Notes: generated from the sequence alone by a model not told the origin. DNA of 64,000 nt from an uncultured bacterium (GCA_905182795.1 CAJJCZ010000012.1:437-64436), one strand, 5' to 3'; shown: positions 1 to 9,999, counted from the first letter of the stretch. Numbers and translations are program-made.

Positions 1-147
1 ACCATGGAGGGTGGTAATGATTATCCATTAGCAAAAATAATGAATGAGGCGCCCAATTGCTCTGTATATCAAGCTGGCCAACCTTCAGCTGAAGATGGCT
101 ACAAAGACACACGAAAAATATTAGAAAAATTAAGTGATAAACAATAA
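1..147 (+). CDS. 3' end of an unidentified CDS running off the left edge
   Basis: Frame 1 is open from base 1 to TAA at 145-147 (...YPLAKIMNEAPNCSVYQAGQPSAEDGYKDTRKILEKLSDKQ*). It is absent from the ORF track because no start lies in the window. Product not recognised. Confidence 0.4.
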   Translation, partial: TMEGGNDYPLAKIMNEAPNCSVYQAGQPSAEDGYKDTRKILEKLSDKQ

Positions 148-1090
148 CCAAGATTACAAAAATCTTTTTTTAAAAGAATTAAATAAGCTTCAAGATATGG
201 AGGGTCCGTCATACCTTTATGATCCGATCAAATATATCATAAAATCTGAAGGCAAGAGATTGAGACCATTGATTGTCCAATTTTTAGGTGATGTATTTAA
301 TAATAACCCAAAAGATACAATGAACGCTGCTATGGGAGTAGAATTGCTACATAATTTTACATTAGTACATGATGATATTATGGATGGGGACGATTTGAGG
401 CATAACGTTGCTACTATTCATAAAAAATGGGATAATGCTCATGCTGTACTATCTGGAGACGGCTTAGGAGCTCTTGGACCAATCTTTATTGGAAAGATAA
501 AAAAGAATACTTTAGATATTTTGATAAGATATAACGAAGTAATATTAGAAATATGTGAAGGGCAAGCATATGATATGGAGTTTGAAACAAGAAACGCCTC
601 TGTTGATGAATATATTTTGATGAGCGAGAAAAAAACAGGCTCTTTATTTGAATTATGTTTTGAGATACCATCTTTAATCAGTGATGACTATTTACAGTTC
701 AAACCCCAGTTAAAACAATTGGGAAGAAACCTTGGTGTGATTTTTCAGATGCAAGATGATATACTTGAAATGTCAACTTCTTCAGAAAATATGGGCAAGG
801 GGACAAGCTCTGATATTGAAAGAAGTAAAAAAACAATTTTATCTAGTATGGCATTAGACTGCGATAGAGATAATTGGAACAATCTTCAAAAAAAAATAAG
901 TAACGCTTCTTTAGAAGAAAAAAAATTAATGCTTAGAAATTATTATAAAGATACAGGTATTATTAAAAAATCAGAAAAATTATTATTAAATTTTGAAGAT
1001 AAGTGTAAAGATATAATTAAATCTTTACCTAGTACAATCCATAGTGATATGACAGTATTGTTAAATATGATTTTAAAACGAAAGAAATAA
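134..1090 (+). CDS. Short-chain polyprenyl diphosphate synthase (FPP/GGPP synthase family)
   Basis: GKRLRP motif, first Asp-rich motif LVHDDIMD, second Asp-rich region FQMQDDILE. GTG start at 134 overlaps the upstream CDS. Start is uncertain: an in-frame ATG lies about 60 nt downstream. Confidence 0.85.
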   Translation: MINNNQDYKNLFLKELNKLQDMEGPSYLYDPIKYIIKSEGKRLRPLIVQFLGDVFNNNPKDTMNAAMGVELLHNFTLVHDDIMDGDDLRHNVATIHKKWDNAHAVLSGDGLGALGPIFIGKIKKNTLDILIRYNEVILEICEGQAYDMEFETRNASVDEYILMSEKKTGSLFELCFEIPSLISDDYLQFKPQLKQLGRNLGVIFQMQDDILEMSTSSENMGKGTSSDIERSKKTILSSMALDCDRDNWNNLQKKISNASLEEKKLMLRNYYKDTGIIKKSEKLLLNFEDKCKDIIKSLPSTIHSDMTVLLNMILKRKK

Positions 1091-1091
1091 G

Positions 1092-2051
1092 ATGCATAAA
1101 AAAATTAAAGATTTTCCAGCTCAAATATCCAATGCAATCAACGACACTAAAGACCTATCTATCAATTTAGATAATATTCACAGAGTGATAATTATGGGCA
1201 TGGGAGGTTCTGCTATTGCTGGACTAATAATGAAGGATATATCTCCACATTTAGAGATCATAGTAGAAAGAAATTATTTTCCAAATGCCGTTATTGATGA
1301 AAAGACCTTATTAATTATTTGTTCTTATTCTGGAAACACAGAAGAATCTCTTTCATATTATAATCATGCATCGAATCTTACAAAAAATATTTTTGGAATA
1401 ACATCGGGAGGTAAGCTACTAAAATTATTAAAAAATGATAATCATGATTATTGTATAGTCCCCGAAGGGTACCCTCCAAGATCTATTCTTGGATATACCT
1501 TAACAGTTTTAATAAAGTTATTAGATGAAGATGAATTGCTTGAATTGTTGAATATTGAATTACTTCAAGACTATTCTAATAAATTTTCTTTAGAAGATAG
1601 TGAAATTTTTTCTCTAGCTAAAAAAATTCATTCTACTTTTCCAGTTATTGTAACTGAGGAAGATTTATCTTCTATCGGATATCGTTTGAAGTGTCAATTA
1701 AATGAGAATAGCAAGATGCTATCATATAATGTTACTTTACCTGAGATGAATCATAATGAAATTGTAGGATGGGACAGTAAAATGATTGATAAAGATCTTT
1801 TTTCTTTAATTTGGATTGATATTACTTTTCCTGCTAATATTAAACGAATGGATATTACAAATAAGATATTAAGTAATAGAAATTCTTATAGTCATCATAT
1901 TCAGATTCCCTCTGATTTTCAGAATGATTTAAGCGGATTATTTTACTTAATTAATTATCTTGATTGGTTAAGCTATTGGTGTGGATATTTAAATAAAGTC
2001 GATATTAATGCAGTTGAATCAATTGATATTCTTAAAAAGGAATTAGCTTAG
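1092..2051 (+). CDS. SIS-domain bifunctional phosphoglucose/phosphomannose isomerase family protein
   Basis: MGMGGSAIAG and CSYSGNTEE SIS motifs. The ~320 aa length and C-terminal half resemble the PGI/PMI family. Confidence 0.7.
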   Translation: MHKKIKDFPAQISNAINDTKDLSINLDNIHRVIIMGMGGSAIAGLIMKDISPHLEIIVERNYFPNAVIDEKTLLIICSYSGNTEESLSYYNHASNLTKNIFGITSGGKLLKLLKNDNHDYCIVPEGYPPRSILGYTLTVLIKLLDEDELLELLNIELLQDYSNKFSLEDSEIFSLAKKIHSTFPVIVTEEDLSSIGYRLKCQLNENSKMLSYNVTLPEMNHNEIVGWDSKMIDKDLFSLIWIDITFPANIKRMDITNKILSNRNSYSHHIQIPSDFQNDLSGLFYLINYLDWLSYWCGYLNKVDINAVESIDILKKELA

Positions 2052-3271
2052 AATTTTTTTAAAGCTAGAACCGAATTGTGTCCACCAAATCCAAAGGAAT
2101 TACTAATAGTAATATTTAGGTCTGATTCAATGCTTTTATTTGGAACATAATTTAAGTCACATTCAGGATCGGGAGTTTCGTAATTGATAGTAGGAGGGAT
2201 TATTCCATTATTCATGGCATAGATACAGGTAATTGCTTCAATCGCGCCTGTAGCACCTAACATATGACCTGTCATGGACTTTGTAGAGCTTACTAATAAG
2301 TTTTTTGCAATATCTCCACCAAAGACTTGTTTAATAGCTTTAGTTTCTATCATATCATTATAATAGGTAGATGTTCCATGCGCATTGATATAGCTCACTT
2401 CATCTTTATTAATGCCTCCGTCTTTTAAGGCTAGATTAATAGCACTTGTAGCACCTACACCTTCATTGTGAGGTTGAGTGATATGGTAAGCATCATTTGT
2501 AATTCCATAGCCTATAATTTCTGCTAAAATATTAGCACCTCTTTTTTGGGCGCTATCTAACGATTCTAATATTAGCATAGCTGATCCTTCAGACATAATA
2601 AATCCATCTCTATTTTTATCAAAAGGCTTGCATGCATTCTGAGGATTTTCATTGTTTTTTGATAAAGCTTTCATATTTGAGAATCCAGATAAAGTCAGAG
2701 GAGTTATTCCGCCTTCAGCACCTCCACATACCATTGCATGTATTTGATTAGATTGAATTAATCTATAAGCCATTCCTATAGCATCACTAGCAGAAGAACA
2801 TGCACTAGAAAGAGAAAAATTTGGACCATGAAATCCATGTTTGATAGCAATTTGACCACCTGCAATATTTGGAATCATTTTTGGTATAAAATGAGGAGAT
2901 ACACCTCTTTGGCCTTTCTTTAGTAGTTTGCTTTGTTCTTCCTCTAAAGTGTTCATACCACCTACACCGGTACCTAAAATTACACCTACATTTGAAGAGT
3001 CAAGACCTGAGCTTTTGATAGCTTGATTTGCAGCTATCATAGCAAACATAGTATAGCGATCAAGTTTTCTAGATTCTTTATGTTCAAAAAAAGTCAGAGG
3101 ATCGAAATCAGTGATTTCTCCAGCAATCTTAACATTAAAGTTTTCAGTATCAAAATTTTCAATGAGTTTAATACCAGATTTACCATGAATTAAATTATTC
3201 CAAAGATCTTTGGACGATACTCCCAGAGGAGAAATACTACCTTCTCCAGTAATAACAACTCTATTTGACAA
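2048..3271 (-). CDS. fabF: 3-oxoacyl-ACP synthase II
   Basis: Active-site Cys in SSACSSASDA, His motifs NAHGTST and GHMLGATG. Sits next to acpP. Confidence 0.95.
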   Translation of the reverse strand: MSNRVVITGEGSISPLGVSSKDLWNNLIHGKSGIKLIENFDTENFNVKIAGEITDFDPLTFFEHKESRKLDRYTMFAMIAANQAIKSSGLDSSNVGVILGTGVGGMNTLEEEQSKLLKKGQRGVSPHFIPKMIPNIAGGQIAIKHGFHGPNFSLSSACSSASDAIGMAYRLIQSNQIHAMVCGGAEGGITPLTLSGFSNMKALSKNNENPQNACKPFDKNRDGFIMSEGSAMLILESLDSAQKRGANILAEIIGYGITNDAYHITQPHNEGVGATSAINLALKDGGINKDEVSYINAHGTSTYYNDMIETKAIKQVFGGDIAKNLLVSSTKSMTGHMLGATGAIEAITCIYAMNNGIIPPTINYETPDPECDLNYVPNKSIESDLNITISNSFGFGGHNSVLALKKF

Positions 3272-3273
3272 AA

Positions 3274-3507
3274 TTATTTAGCGTGTTTGTTAACATATTC
3301 AAATGCAGCACCAACAGTGGTAATTTTTTCTGCATCTTCATCTGGAATTTCTAAATCAAATTCTTCTTCAAACTCCATAATCAATTCTACGGTATCTAAT
3401 GAATCTGCACCTAAATCATCAAGAAAACTTGCTTCAGGGACTACTCTTGATTCATCAACACCCAATTTATCAATAATAATATTTTTTACTTTATCATTTG
3501 ATGACAT
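3274..3507 (-). CDS. acpP: Acyl carrier protein
   Basis: 77 aa with [19 protein letters not shown], which contains the phosphopantetheine Ser (DSLD). Confidence 0.95.
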   Translation of the reverse strand: MSSNDKVKNIIIDKLGVDESRVVPEASFLDDLGADSLDTVELIMEFEEEFDLEIPDEDAEKITTVGAAFEYVNKHAK

Positions 3508-3523
3508 AATTTTTTTCTCCTAT

Positions 3524-4255
3524 TTAATTTAATGATATTCCACCATCTATATAAAATGTTTGTCCAGTAATATAGCTGGCTTCGTCCGAAGATAAAAACA
3601 AAATCATTTTTGCAATATCTTCTGGTTTTCCAAATTTTTTCAATGGGATTCTATCTAAATAATTATTTTTTACTGTATCTGTTAAATGTGAAATCATATC
3701 TGTTTCGATTACTCCTGGAGCAATACAATTAACTGTAATATTTCTTCGGCCTACTTCTTTAGCAAGTGACTTCGTAAATGCTAATAATCCTCCTTTAGAT
3801 GCAGAGTAATTGCTCTGTCCCTTGTTTCCATCAGTACCTGAAATAGAAGAAATATTAATAATTCTACCATTTTTACTTTTAATCATATCTTTCAGTAAAA
3901 TTCTTGTTAAATAGAAGGGTCCATTTAGATTAACATCCAAAACTCTCTGCCATTCATCTGTTTTCATTCTCAATAAAATATTATCCATATGTATACCAGC
4001 ATTATTTACCAAGATATCAATAGAATCAGCATGTTCTTTTGAAAACTTATATAATTTTTCTATAGATTTTTCATCTGAAATATCACAACAAAATGGAATA
4101 ATGTTATCAATATTTTGGATTGATTTAAGAGATTCTTCTGAGGTAGCTACTCCAATAACTTTTATTCCATTGGCGGCAAGCATCATAGAAATTGTTTTCC
4201 CAATACCCCTTGATGCTCCTGTAACTAACGCTGTTTTACTTGAATAATTAAACAT
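3524..4255 (-). CDS. fabG: 3-oxoacyl-ACP reductase
   Basis: SDR motifs TGASRGIGK and YSASKGG; located in the fab cluster. Confidence 0.9.
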   Translation of the reverse strand: MFNYSSKTALVTGASRGIGKTISMMLAANGIKVIGVATSEESLKSIQNIDNIIPFCCDISDEKSIEKLYKFSKEHADSIDILVNNAGIHMDNILLRMKTDEWQRVLDVNLNGPFYLTRILLKDMIKSKNGRIINISSISGTDGNKGQSNYSASKGGLLAFTKSLAKEVGRRNITVNCIAPGVIETDMISHLTDTVKNNYLDRIPLKKFGKPEDIAKMILFLSSDEASYITGQTFYIDGGISLN

Positions 4256-5156
4256 GTAAATATTCCTCTACATCATTATAACTATTAAAACTAGAAATAT
4301 GAAACAATTCATCTATTTTTTTGATGATTCCTGATAATACTTTCTTAGGACCTATCTCTATAAAATTATTATTTATTTCACCTAATTTTTTAATGCTATC
4401 AAGCCATAAAACAGGATTATCGATTTGCTCAATTAAGGCTTTTTTAATTTCATCTGGATTAGATCGTAGCGTTGCATCATAATTTGATACAATAGGAATA
4501 TTTGGCTCATTAAATGTCGCATTTGAAATAACTTTTTTTAGTTCAGGCTTTGCATCTGACATTAGTTTTGAATGAAATGCACCGCTGACAGGAAGGGCAA
4601 TAATACGTTTTGCTCCGCTAACTTTTAATTTCTCAGATATAGATTGAATAGATTTTGCTGATCCTGATATAACAATTTGTTGATCTGAATTAATATTAGC
4701 TACTTGAGTATCTGTACCTTTGCAAATATCTGAAATTTTTTCTTTACTCATTCCTATTACAGCACTCATTTTGCCCTCAGTATTTTTTTCACATTTATGC
4801 ATTGCTTTTGCGCGAATATCTACAATTTGAAGGCCTGTTTCAAATGTATAGGTGCTATTAGCATATAAAGCAGAAAATTCACCAAGACTGTGTCCTGCAA
4901 CTACTGCAGGTGCATGATTAGTATCTTTGATAATATCAAAAATAATACAGGAATAAATATAAATTGCTACTTGGGCATAGTTTGTCTGCCTGAGAATAGC
5001 TTCATTGTGGTCAAACATAATATCAGATATATTATATCCAAGAATTTGATTAGATAAATGAATTTTATCTTTAGCTAATGTAGAGTGTTGATAAAGTTTT
5101 AATCCCATTCCAGGACGATGAGAACCTTGTCCTGAAAAAATAAAGCAATCACCCAT
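4248..5156 (-). CDS. fabD: Malonyl-CoA:ACP transacylase
   Basis: FSGQGSH and GHSLGEFSA active-site motifs. Confidence 0.9.
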   Translation of the reverse strand: MGDCFIFSGQGSHRPGMGLKLYQHSTLAKDKIHLSNQILGYNISDIMFDHNEAILRQTNYAQVAIYIYSCIIFDIIKDTNHAPAVVAGHSLGEFSALYANSTYTFETGLQIVDIRAKAMHKCEKNTEGKMSAVIGMSKEKISDICKGTDTQVANINSDQQIVISGSAKSIQSISEKLKVSGAKRIIALPVSGAFHSKLMSDAKPELKKVISNATFNEPNIPIVSNYDATLRSNPDEIKKALIEQIDNPVLWLDSIKKLGEINNNFIEIGPKKVLSGIIKKIDELFHISSFNSYNDVEEYLHV

Positions 5157-5332
5157 TAGTTCTGATCGACTGGTTTTCCTTTATGGTACAGGATTCCATC
5201 ATGATAGTATGCATGATGCGGTAGATGCTGCTCTCCAGTGTTTTTACAGGTAACTGTATGCACTAGAGTAGAAGTATAATGAGTTCTTCTCTTTTTTGAT
5301 CTTGTTTTGGACTGTCTTTTTTTAGGTAACAT
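5156..5332 (-). CDS. rpmF: 50S ribosomal protein L32
   Basis: My own translation of the minus strand gives 58 aa: MLPKKRQSKTRSKKRRTHYTSTLVHTVTCKNTGEQHLPHHAYYHDGILYHKGKPVDQN. It is too short for the ORF track. Its stop overlaps the fabD start (TAATG). rpmF conventionally sits upstream of fab genes. Confidence 0.85.
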   Translation of the reverse strand: MLPKKRQSKTRSKKRRTHYTSTLVHTVTCKNTGEQHLPHHAYYHDGILYHKGKPVDQN

Positions 5333-5389
5333 TTTCTTTCCTTAACTAGGGTCAATATAAACAAATAAATCTTTGAAATAAAATAATTT

Positions 5390-5767
5390 TTATAATTCTA
5401 TTTTAGCTACCCAGCAATCATATCCCAGGTCATTTTTGATATCATTTGCAGTCATAGAAGCGTCTTCTTTAGATAAAAAATTTCCATACCTAACTCGATA
5501 TTTTAATTTTTCATTTGAATCATTTTTTATTATAAAAGCTTCAAAATTATAATTACTCAATACTTTTACTACTTCTTCCGCATCTGCAAAAGTAGCTTTA
5601 GCTGCTACTTGTATCGTAAAATATATATTATTCGTTTGTTGATATACTACTTTTGATTGCTCTATAGTTATATTTTTTTCTAAAACAGTATCTAGCCATT
5701 CATCATTTAGTTCTTGGGAATAAATTGTAGAAAAAAGGAATAAGAATAATAAAAAGTATTTAATCAT
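5390..5767 (-). CDS. Secreted SPOR-domain (peptidoglycan-binding) protein
   Basis: N-terminal signal-like segment MIKYFLLFLFLFSTIYSQ. C-terminal SPOR-like pattern FTIQVAA...YRVRYGNFLSKEDA. Confidence 0.6.
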   Translation of the reverse strand: MIKYFLLFLFLFSTIYSQELNDEWLDTVLEKNITIEQSKVVYQQTNNIYFTIQVAAKATFADAEEVVKVLSNYNFEAFIIKNDSNEKLKYRVRYGNFLSKEDASMTANDIKNDLGYDCWVAKIEL

Positions 5768-6161
5768 TGAAAAAAAACTTTATTTCTTTATCTGCATTTT
5801 CATTGCTATCAGATCCATGTGTAGCATTCATAGATATGTCAGTGCCATATTTTTGTCTAATAGTTCCAAGGTCAGCTTTCTGAGAATCTGTTGCACCCAT
5901 TAGATTTCTCCATTCAACAACAGCATTTTCTTTTTCTAGTTTCATTACATGGCATTGATATGATGTCATAAATTCAACTAATTCATCAAAGAAAGGCTTA
6001 TCTTGATGAATGTCATAGAAAGCACAAGCTTGTTCATTAGAAAGATCTAGAGTTTTTTCTTCAATAATAGAAAATCCATTATCTAAAATATCTTTTCTAA
6101 TATCGTCAAGGTGACCTTTTTTCATTGCATCTGGTTTAATAATTGCAAGTGTATTTTTCAT
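5760..6161 (-). CDS. ndk: Nucleoside diphosphate kinase
   Basis: LAIIKPDA and NATHGSDS (active-site His) motifs. Confidence 0.9.
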   Translation of the reverse strand: MKNTLAIIKPDAMKKGHLDDIRKDILDNGFSIIEEKTLDLSNEQACAFYDIHQDKPFFDELVEFMTSYQCHVMKLEKENAVVEWRNLMGATDSQKADLGTIRQKYGTDISMNATHGSDSNENADKEIKFFFND

Positions 6162-6164
6162 GTT

Positions 6165-7040
6165 TTATCCTATTAATGATTTCATTGTAATGCCAATTTC
6201 AGACACTGTATTTGCTACTGAAATTCCACATTCTTTTAGTATTTTAATTTTAGCTTCAGCTGTTTCAGATCCTTCTGATATTATTGCTCCAGCGTGACCC
6301 ATTCTTTTTCCTTTTGGAGCAGTCTGACCTGCTATAAATGAAACTACAGGTTTATCTAAATTTTCTTTTACCCATCTGGCAGCATCATTCTCCATATTTC
6401 CACCTATTTCACCGATCATAACAATACCTTTTGTATCATCATCATCTTTAAAGTGTTTTAGTATGTCTATCATACTTGATCCGATAACTGGATCTCCTCC
6501 AATGCCTACTGCAGTCGTAATTCCTAGTCCAACATTAACTACTTGATCAATAGCTTCATATGTTAGTGTTCCAGATCTCGATAATATTCCAACAGAACCT
6601 TTCTTGCATATAAATCCTGGTGTAATCCCAATTTTCGATTCCTCTGCTGTAATTAATCCGGGACAGTTTGGTCCGATTAGAGTGCTGAAAGATTTATCTA
6701 GCATATTTTTAACCGTAACCATATCTCTAGTAGGAATACCTTCAGATATACACACTATCAACTCAATATTTTGTTCAATAGCCTCTATGATTGCTGTTGC
6801 TGCAAATCTTGGAGGTACAAAGATAACAGTAGCATCAATTTGAAATTCTTTTTTTGCATCACGAATAGAATTAAATACAGGTAGCTTGTTTACTGTGGCT
6901 GTTTGCCCACCTTTTCCTGGAGTAACACCACAGACAACTTTTGAACCATATTCCATCATTTGTTCTGCATGAAATGATCCTTCTGATCCAGTAATCCCTT
7001 GAACTATTATATTTGTATTTTTATTTAATAGAATTGACAT
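6165..7040 (-). CDS. sucD: Succinyl-CoA synthetase alpha subunit
   Basis: VQGITGSEG, SRSGTLTYE and MGHAGAII (phosphohistidine) motifs. Confidence 0.95.
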   Translation of the reverse strand: MSILLNKNTNIIVQGITGSEGSFHAEQMMEYGSKVVCGVTPGKGGQTATVNKLPVFNSIRDAKKEFQIDATVIFVPPRFAATAIIEAIEQNIELIVCISEGIPTRDMVTVKNMLDKSFSTLIGPNCPGLITAEESKIGITPGFICKKGSVGILSRSGTLTYEAIDQVVNVGLGITTAVGIGGDPVIGSSMIDILKHFKDDDDTKGIVMIGEIGGNMENDAARWVKENLDKPVVSFIAGQTAPKGKRMGHAGAIISEGSETAEAKIKILKECGISVANTVSEIGITMKSLIG

Positions 7041-7041
7041 A

Positions 7042-8208
7042 TTATTTTATCATCTCCACAGCTTTTGTTGCAGCTTCATTAATTGTTTCTGCACTTATTA
7101 GTTCAATATCAGATTCATCAAGTATTTTTTTAGCCAACTTAGCATTGGTTCCTTGTAATCTTACAACAACTACAACATCTAATTCTAATTCTTTTACAGC
7201 CTGTATAACACCGTTAGCTACTCTGTCGCATCGGACAATCCCACCAAATATATTGATTAAAATAGACTTCACATTTTTATCAGATAGGATAATTTTAAAA
7301 CCATTTTTAATAGTTTCTACGTTGGCAGCTCCTCCTACATCTAAGAAATTTGCGGGTTCACCTCCACAATGTTTGACTATATCCATTGTAGCCATCGCTA
7401 ATCCTGCGCCATTAACCATACATCCTACATTGCCATCTAGTTTAATATAGTTTAATCCATATTCAGCAGCTTTCAGTTCCAGCGGATCTTCTTCTGACTT
7501 GTCATGATAAGCTGCAATTTCAGGGTGTCTAAATAGAGAGTTAGAATCAATGTCTACTTTTGCATCAAGAGCTATAATTTCTTCGTTAGTTGTTGATACT
7601 AGAGGATTGATTTCTAGAAGGGAACAGTCTGATTCGATATAACATTTATATAAATCTTTGAACATCTGTTCTACATTTTCAAATTTTTCAAGTGATAATG
7701 ATGTAATTATTTCTTTGACTGCACCATCTAGAGCATTAGGTGAATCATCAATCCATGCTTTAATAATTTTTTCAGGATTGTTTTCTGCTACTTCCTCAAT
7801 GTCAACACCGCCTTCAGTAGAAACTATAAATACATCAGAATTTTTAGATCTATCAAATGTGATAGCAAAATAATATTCTTTTTTAATATCTAAGGCTTCA
7901 GTAATGAGAATTTTATTAACCATCTTACCTTCTGGGCCTGTTTGGTGAGTGATTAAGTTCATACCTAAAATTGTATTAGCAGCATCTTGAGCATCTTCAA
8001 AAGTAGAACAATATTTTACTCCACCACCTTTTCCTCGACCTCCAGCATGAATTTGAGCTTTAACAATTACAGCTTCACTATTAAAGTCAGTTTGCACTTT
8101 TTTAATAGTGCGGTCAATGTCGGTACTATTATCAATAGCATAACCTTCCTGAATAGGAACATTAAACTTTTTAAGAATTTCTTTGGCTTGGTATTCGTGA
8201 ATTTTCAT
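7042..8208 (-). CDS. sucC: Succinyl-CoA synthetase beta subunit
   Basis: Canonical N-terminus MKIHEYQAKEILKKF. I trimmed the 14-codon extension in the ORF track, which overlaps the upstream gene. Confidence 0.95.
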   Translation of the reverse strand: MKIHEYQAKEILKKFNVPIQEGYAIDNSTDIDRTIKKVQTDFNSEAVIVKAQIHAGGRGKGGGVKYCSTFEDAQDAANTILGMNLITHQTGPEGKMVNKILITEALDIKKEYYFAITFDRSKNSDVFIVSTEGGVDIEEVAENNPEKIIKAWIDDSPNALDGAVKEIITSLSLEKFENVEQMFKDLYKCYIESDCSLLEINPLVSTTNEEIIALDAKVDIDSNSLFRHPEIAAYHDKSEEDPLELKAAEYGLNYIKLDGNVGCMVNGAGLAMATMDIVKHCGGEPANFLDVGGAANVETIKNGFKIILSDKNVKSILINIFGGIVRCDRVANGVIQAVKELELDVVVVVRLQGTNAKLAKKILDESDIELISAETINEAATKAVEMIK

Positions 8209-8209
8209 A

Positions 8210-9826
8210 TTAATCCATGTAAGGATAGCGATAATCCTTAGGGGGTTCAAAGGTTTCTTTAATTGTTCTCGGTGAAGTCCATCTTAAAAGATTAAGCATA
8301 GATCCGCCTTTATCATTAGTACCAGAAGCTCGACTGCCACCAAAAGGTTGTTGTCCTACAACAGCACCAGTTGGTTTGTCGTTAATATAGAAATTTCCTG
8401 CTGAAAATCTTAATGTAGAGCGTACTTCTTCTACAATATCTCTATCTTCAGAGAAAACACAGCCAGTTAATGCATAAGGAGATGTTGAATCGATTAGCGT
8501 TAAAGTTTCTGACCACTGAGCTGTATCATAAACATAAATTGTCAATACAGGACCAAAAATTTCTTCTTCTAATGTTTTAAAATGAGAATCACTAGTCACT
8601 ATTACAGTTGGTTGAACAAAATAGCCTTTTGACTTATCATATGTTCCACCACATAGAACTTCACAATCACTTGATTCATTTGCATAATCTATATATGAAG
8701 ATATTTTATCAAATGCTGTTTCATCAATGACTGCATTAACGAAGTTTTTAAAATCTTCTGGCGGTCCTACTTCTATGGTAGCAATTTGTGTTACAAGTTT
8801 TTCTTTAATGATATCCCATTTAGTAGAAGGGAGGTAAGCTCTAGACATAGCAGAACATTTCTGTCCTTGATATTCAAATGCCCCTCTTATCATTGCAGTC
8901 ACAAGACCATCAATATTAGCAGATTCATGAGCAATACAGAAGTCTTTTCCTCCAGTTTCACCAACTAACTTAGGATAACTTTTGTATGTATCTAGATTTT
9001 TAGATACACCTTTCCATAAATGTTTAAATGTTTTGGTAGATCCAGTAAAGTGTACTCCAGCTAAATCTCTATGAGCAAGTACCTGGTCACCAATTTTAGG
9101 ACCGTTACCTGGAATGAAATTGATTACTCCGTCAGGAAGACCTGCTTCTTTGTAAAGTTCCATAATCACATGAGATGAATAGACTGCGCTTGGTGCTGGT
9201 TTCCATAATACTGTATTGCCTACAATAGCAGGGGCAATAGCTAAGTTTCCTCCAATACTGAAGAAGTTAAATGGAGCAATAGCAAAAACAAAACCTTCGA
9301 GAGGTCTGAATTCTAAAGCATTGTGCATTCCTTCTGGAGAGATAGGGGTGAATGTTTCTTGCATTTTATAAGAAAATTCAATACTAAAATTTAAAAAGTC
9401 TATGAGTTCACATGATGCATCAACTTCAGCCTGAAAAACACTTTTTCCAATATCGAGCATTGCTGCAGCATTAATTTTATATCTATATGGTCCATCGATT
9501 AAGTCGGCAACTTTCTTAAAAATTGAAGCTCTATACTCAAGAGATGTATTTGACCAAGATTTCCACGCCTCAAGAGAAGACTCTATTGCCATTTCAATTT
9601 CTTTTTCTCCAGCTTCATGATATATACCTAGAATATGTTGATGATCATGAGGTTTTGTACATGTCTGCGTATTACCTGTATAATATTCTTTTCCATGAAT
9701 AATGACTGGAACTTCTTTTTGTCTATTTGATTGTCTTTCAATCTCTATTAATAATGCTTCTCGATGTTTTGAACCTGGTTCAAAATCTAGTATTGGTGCA
9801 TTCACTGCTTTAAAATTTTTGTCCAT
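8210..9826 (-). CDS. pruA: 1-pyrroline-5-carboxylate dehydrogenase (ALDH4-type)
   Basis: 538 aa aldehyde dehydrogenase with VGETGGKDF and the catalytic Cys in GQKCSA. N-terminus resembles the long P5CDH type. Confidence 0.85.
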   Translation of the reverse strand: MDKNFKAVNAPILDFEPGSKHREALLIEIERQSNRQKEVPVIIHGKEYYTGNTQTCTKPHDHQHILGIYHEAGEKEIEMAIESSLEAWKSWSNTSLEYRASIFKKVADLIDGPYRYKINAAAMLDIGKSVFQAEVDASCELIDFLNFSIEFSYKMQETFTPISPEGMHNALEFRPLEGFVFAIAPFNFFSIGGNLAIAPAIVGNTVLWKPAPSAVYSSHVIMELYKEAGLPDGVINFIPGNGPKIGDQVLAHRDLAGVHFTGSTKTFKHLWKGVSKNLDTYKSYPKLVGETGGKDFCIAHESANIDGLVTAMIRGAFEYQGQKCSAMSRAYLPSTKWDIIKEKLVTQIATIEVGPPEDFKNFVNAVIDETAFDKISSYIDYANESSDCEVLCGGTYDKSKGYFVQPTVIVTSDSHFKTLEEEIFGPVLTIYVYDTAQWSETLTLIDSTSPYALTGCVFSEDRDIVEEVRSTLRFSAGNFYINDKPTGAVVGQQPFGGSRASGTNDKGGSMLNLLRWTSPRTIKETFEPPKDYRYPYMD

Positions 9827-9838
9827 AATTTCCTCTTT

Positions 9839-9982
9839 TTATTTGTAATCCTTTTCGATAATCCCTTTTTCTTTTAGAATTTTCGTGAGTTTCTCTACTT
9901 TTACTGTCAATCCAATGACCATCCCCAATGCTGCCACTCCCATTACACTTAAGCTAAATGCAGTAACTGTTAATCCTTCCAT
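9839..9982 (-). CDS. Possible 47-aa small membrane protein
   Basis: My own translation: MEGLTVTAFSLSVMGVAALGMVIGLTVKVEKLTKILKEKGIIEKDYK, one hydrophobic helix plus a charged tail. It fills the gap between dusB and pruA. No homology recognised. Confidence 0.3.
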   Translation of the reverse strand: MEGLTVTAFSLSVMGVAALGMVIGLTVKVEKLTKILKEKGIIEKDYK

Positions 9983-9999
9983 AATTTTTCTTTTCTTTT

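Noticed and set aside
8209-8250. N-terminal extensions in the ORF track for sucC (14 codons), murD (9), arfB (17), murE (21), folB (6) and the 62332 ORF (6).
   Set aside because: The conserved protein N-termini begin at internal ATGs. The extensions overlap upstream genes or, for folB, the terminator.
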